A stretch of DNA of 64,000 nucleotides from an uncultured delta proteobacterium. Lineage in GTDB: Bacteria; Myxococcota_A; Polyangia; Polyangiales; Polyangiaceae. The DNA lies in contig CAWKKR010000008.1 of the NCBI GenBank assembly GCA_963850305.1, positions 1,344,001 to 1,408,000 of the forward strand. Direction: 5' to 3'. This document shows, piece by piece, positions 63,666 to 64,000 of the stretch. The first letter of the stretch is position 1, and every line of letters begins with the position of its first letter. The position numbers and the translations under genes were made by a program. The notes beneath the pieces were generated by a model, which was not told where the DNA came from, searched no databases, and saw only the letters and a program-made list of their open reading frames with translations.

Positions 63666-64000
63666 TCACGTCAGGAAGAACCGAGCCAGCGACATCCCGA
63701 ACGCGAAGCAGGCCCCGCCGAAGAACGTCGTGAGCCTCGTGGTCTTGATTCCCCGCCGCCTCCGCCTCTCACCGAAGCGGTGCATCACGACCCCGGAGAT
63801 CACCGGGTACAGAGCGAGCCCCACTAGCCGGAGAGGAACGCCGCGGGTGATCCGCGATGGCAGAACGTGGGCGGAGATCGCCCCGACCAAGCCGCCGAGG
63901 AGGACATAGCCGACACCTGCAAGAATGGGGTCGGCCTCTTTGCTCTCCCTCGCGCTGTGCTTGAGGGACTCGACTCCGAGTTCGATCAGAACCTCGAATG
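63666..64000 (-). CDS. Hypothetical membrane protein (5' end outside the window)
   Basis: Frame open to the window edge: ...PILAGVGYVLLGGLVGAIS...FFGGACFAFGMSLARFFLT. Confidence 0.55.
   Translation of the reverse strand, partial: FEVLIELGVESLKHSARESKEADPILAGVGYVLLGGLVGAISAHVLPSRITRGVPLRLVGLALYPVISGVVMHRFGERRRRRGIKTTRLTTFFGGACFAFGMSLARFFLT

Noticed and set aside
60516..64000. Integrative element or prophage at tRNA-Arg
   Set aside because: No integrase and no duplicated tRNA 3' end (att site) visible in the window; only the accessory-looking gene content is suggestive.

Overview
High-GC chromosomal segment of a myxobacterium. The 16S V1 region, MYXO-CTERM tail, myxobacterial Cys-rich repeats and gliding-motility-like genes point to Polyangiaceae/Sorangiineae. 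Most of it is core genome: a complete rRNA operon (16S, tRNA-Ile, tRNA-Ala, 23S, 5S) with promoter, boxA and terminator; ettA, trpS, fbp/fbaB, pepA, ggt/gshB, rplU-rpmA-mutL, miaA, a TIGR03960-type radical SAM fusion, an acyl-CoA carboxylase subunit, tRNA-Arg(ACG), and many envelope proteins. Most notable: (1) an ORF-poor gap at 59.97-60.21 kb with a minus-strand sigma54 promoter, C/U-rich tracts, hairpins and a strand-specific terminator stem, a candidate unannotated sRNA; (2) a coupled IrrE/ImmA-type Zn-peptidase + PIN-like gene pair just downstream of tRNA-Arg, a candidate TA/defence module; (3) two arrays of one REP-like element family whose variation preserves C-GNA-G triloop hairpins; (4) a hybrid histidine kinase with degenerate H/N/G1 boxes converging on a small CxxC...CxxH protein; (5) an MntA-HepT pair directly upstream of trpS. 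Two single-base frameshifts look like assembly errors. All calls come from reading the sequence only; no searches were run.
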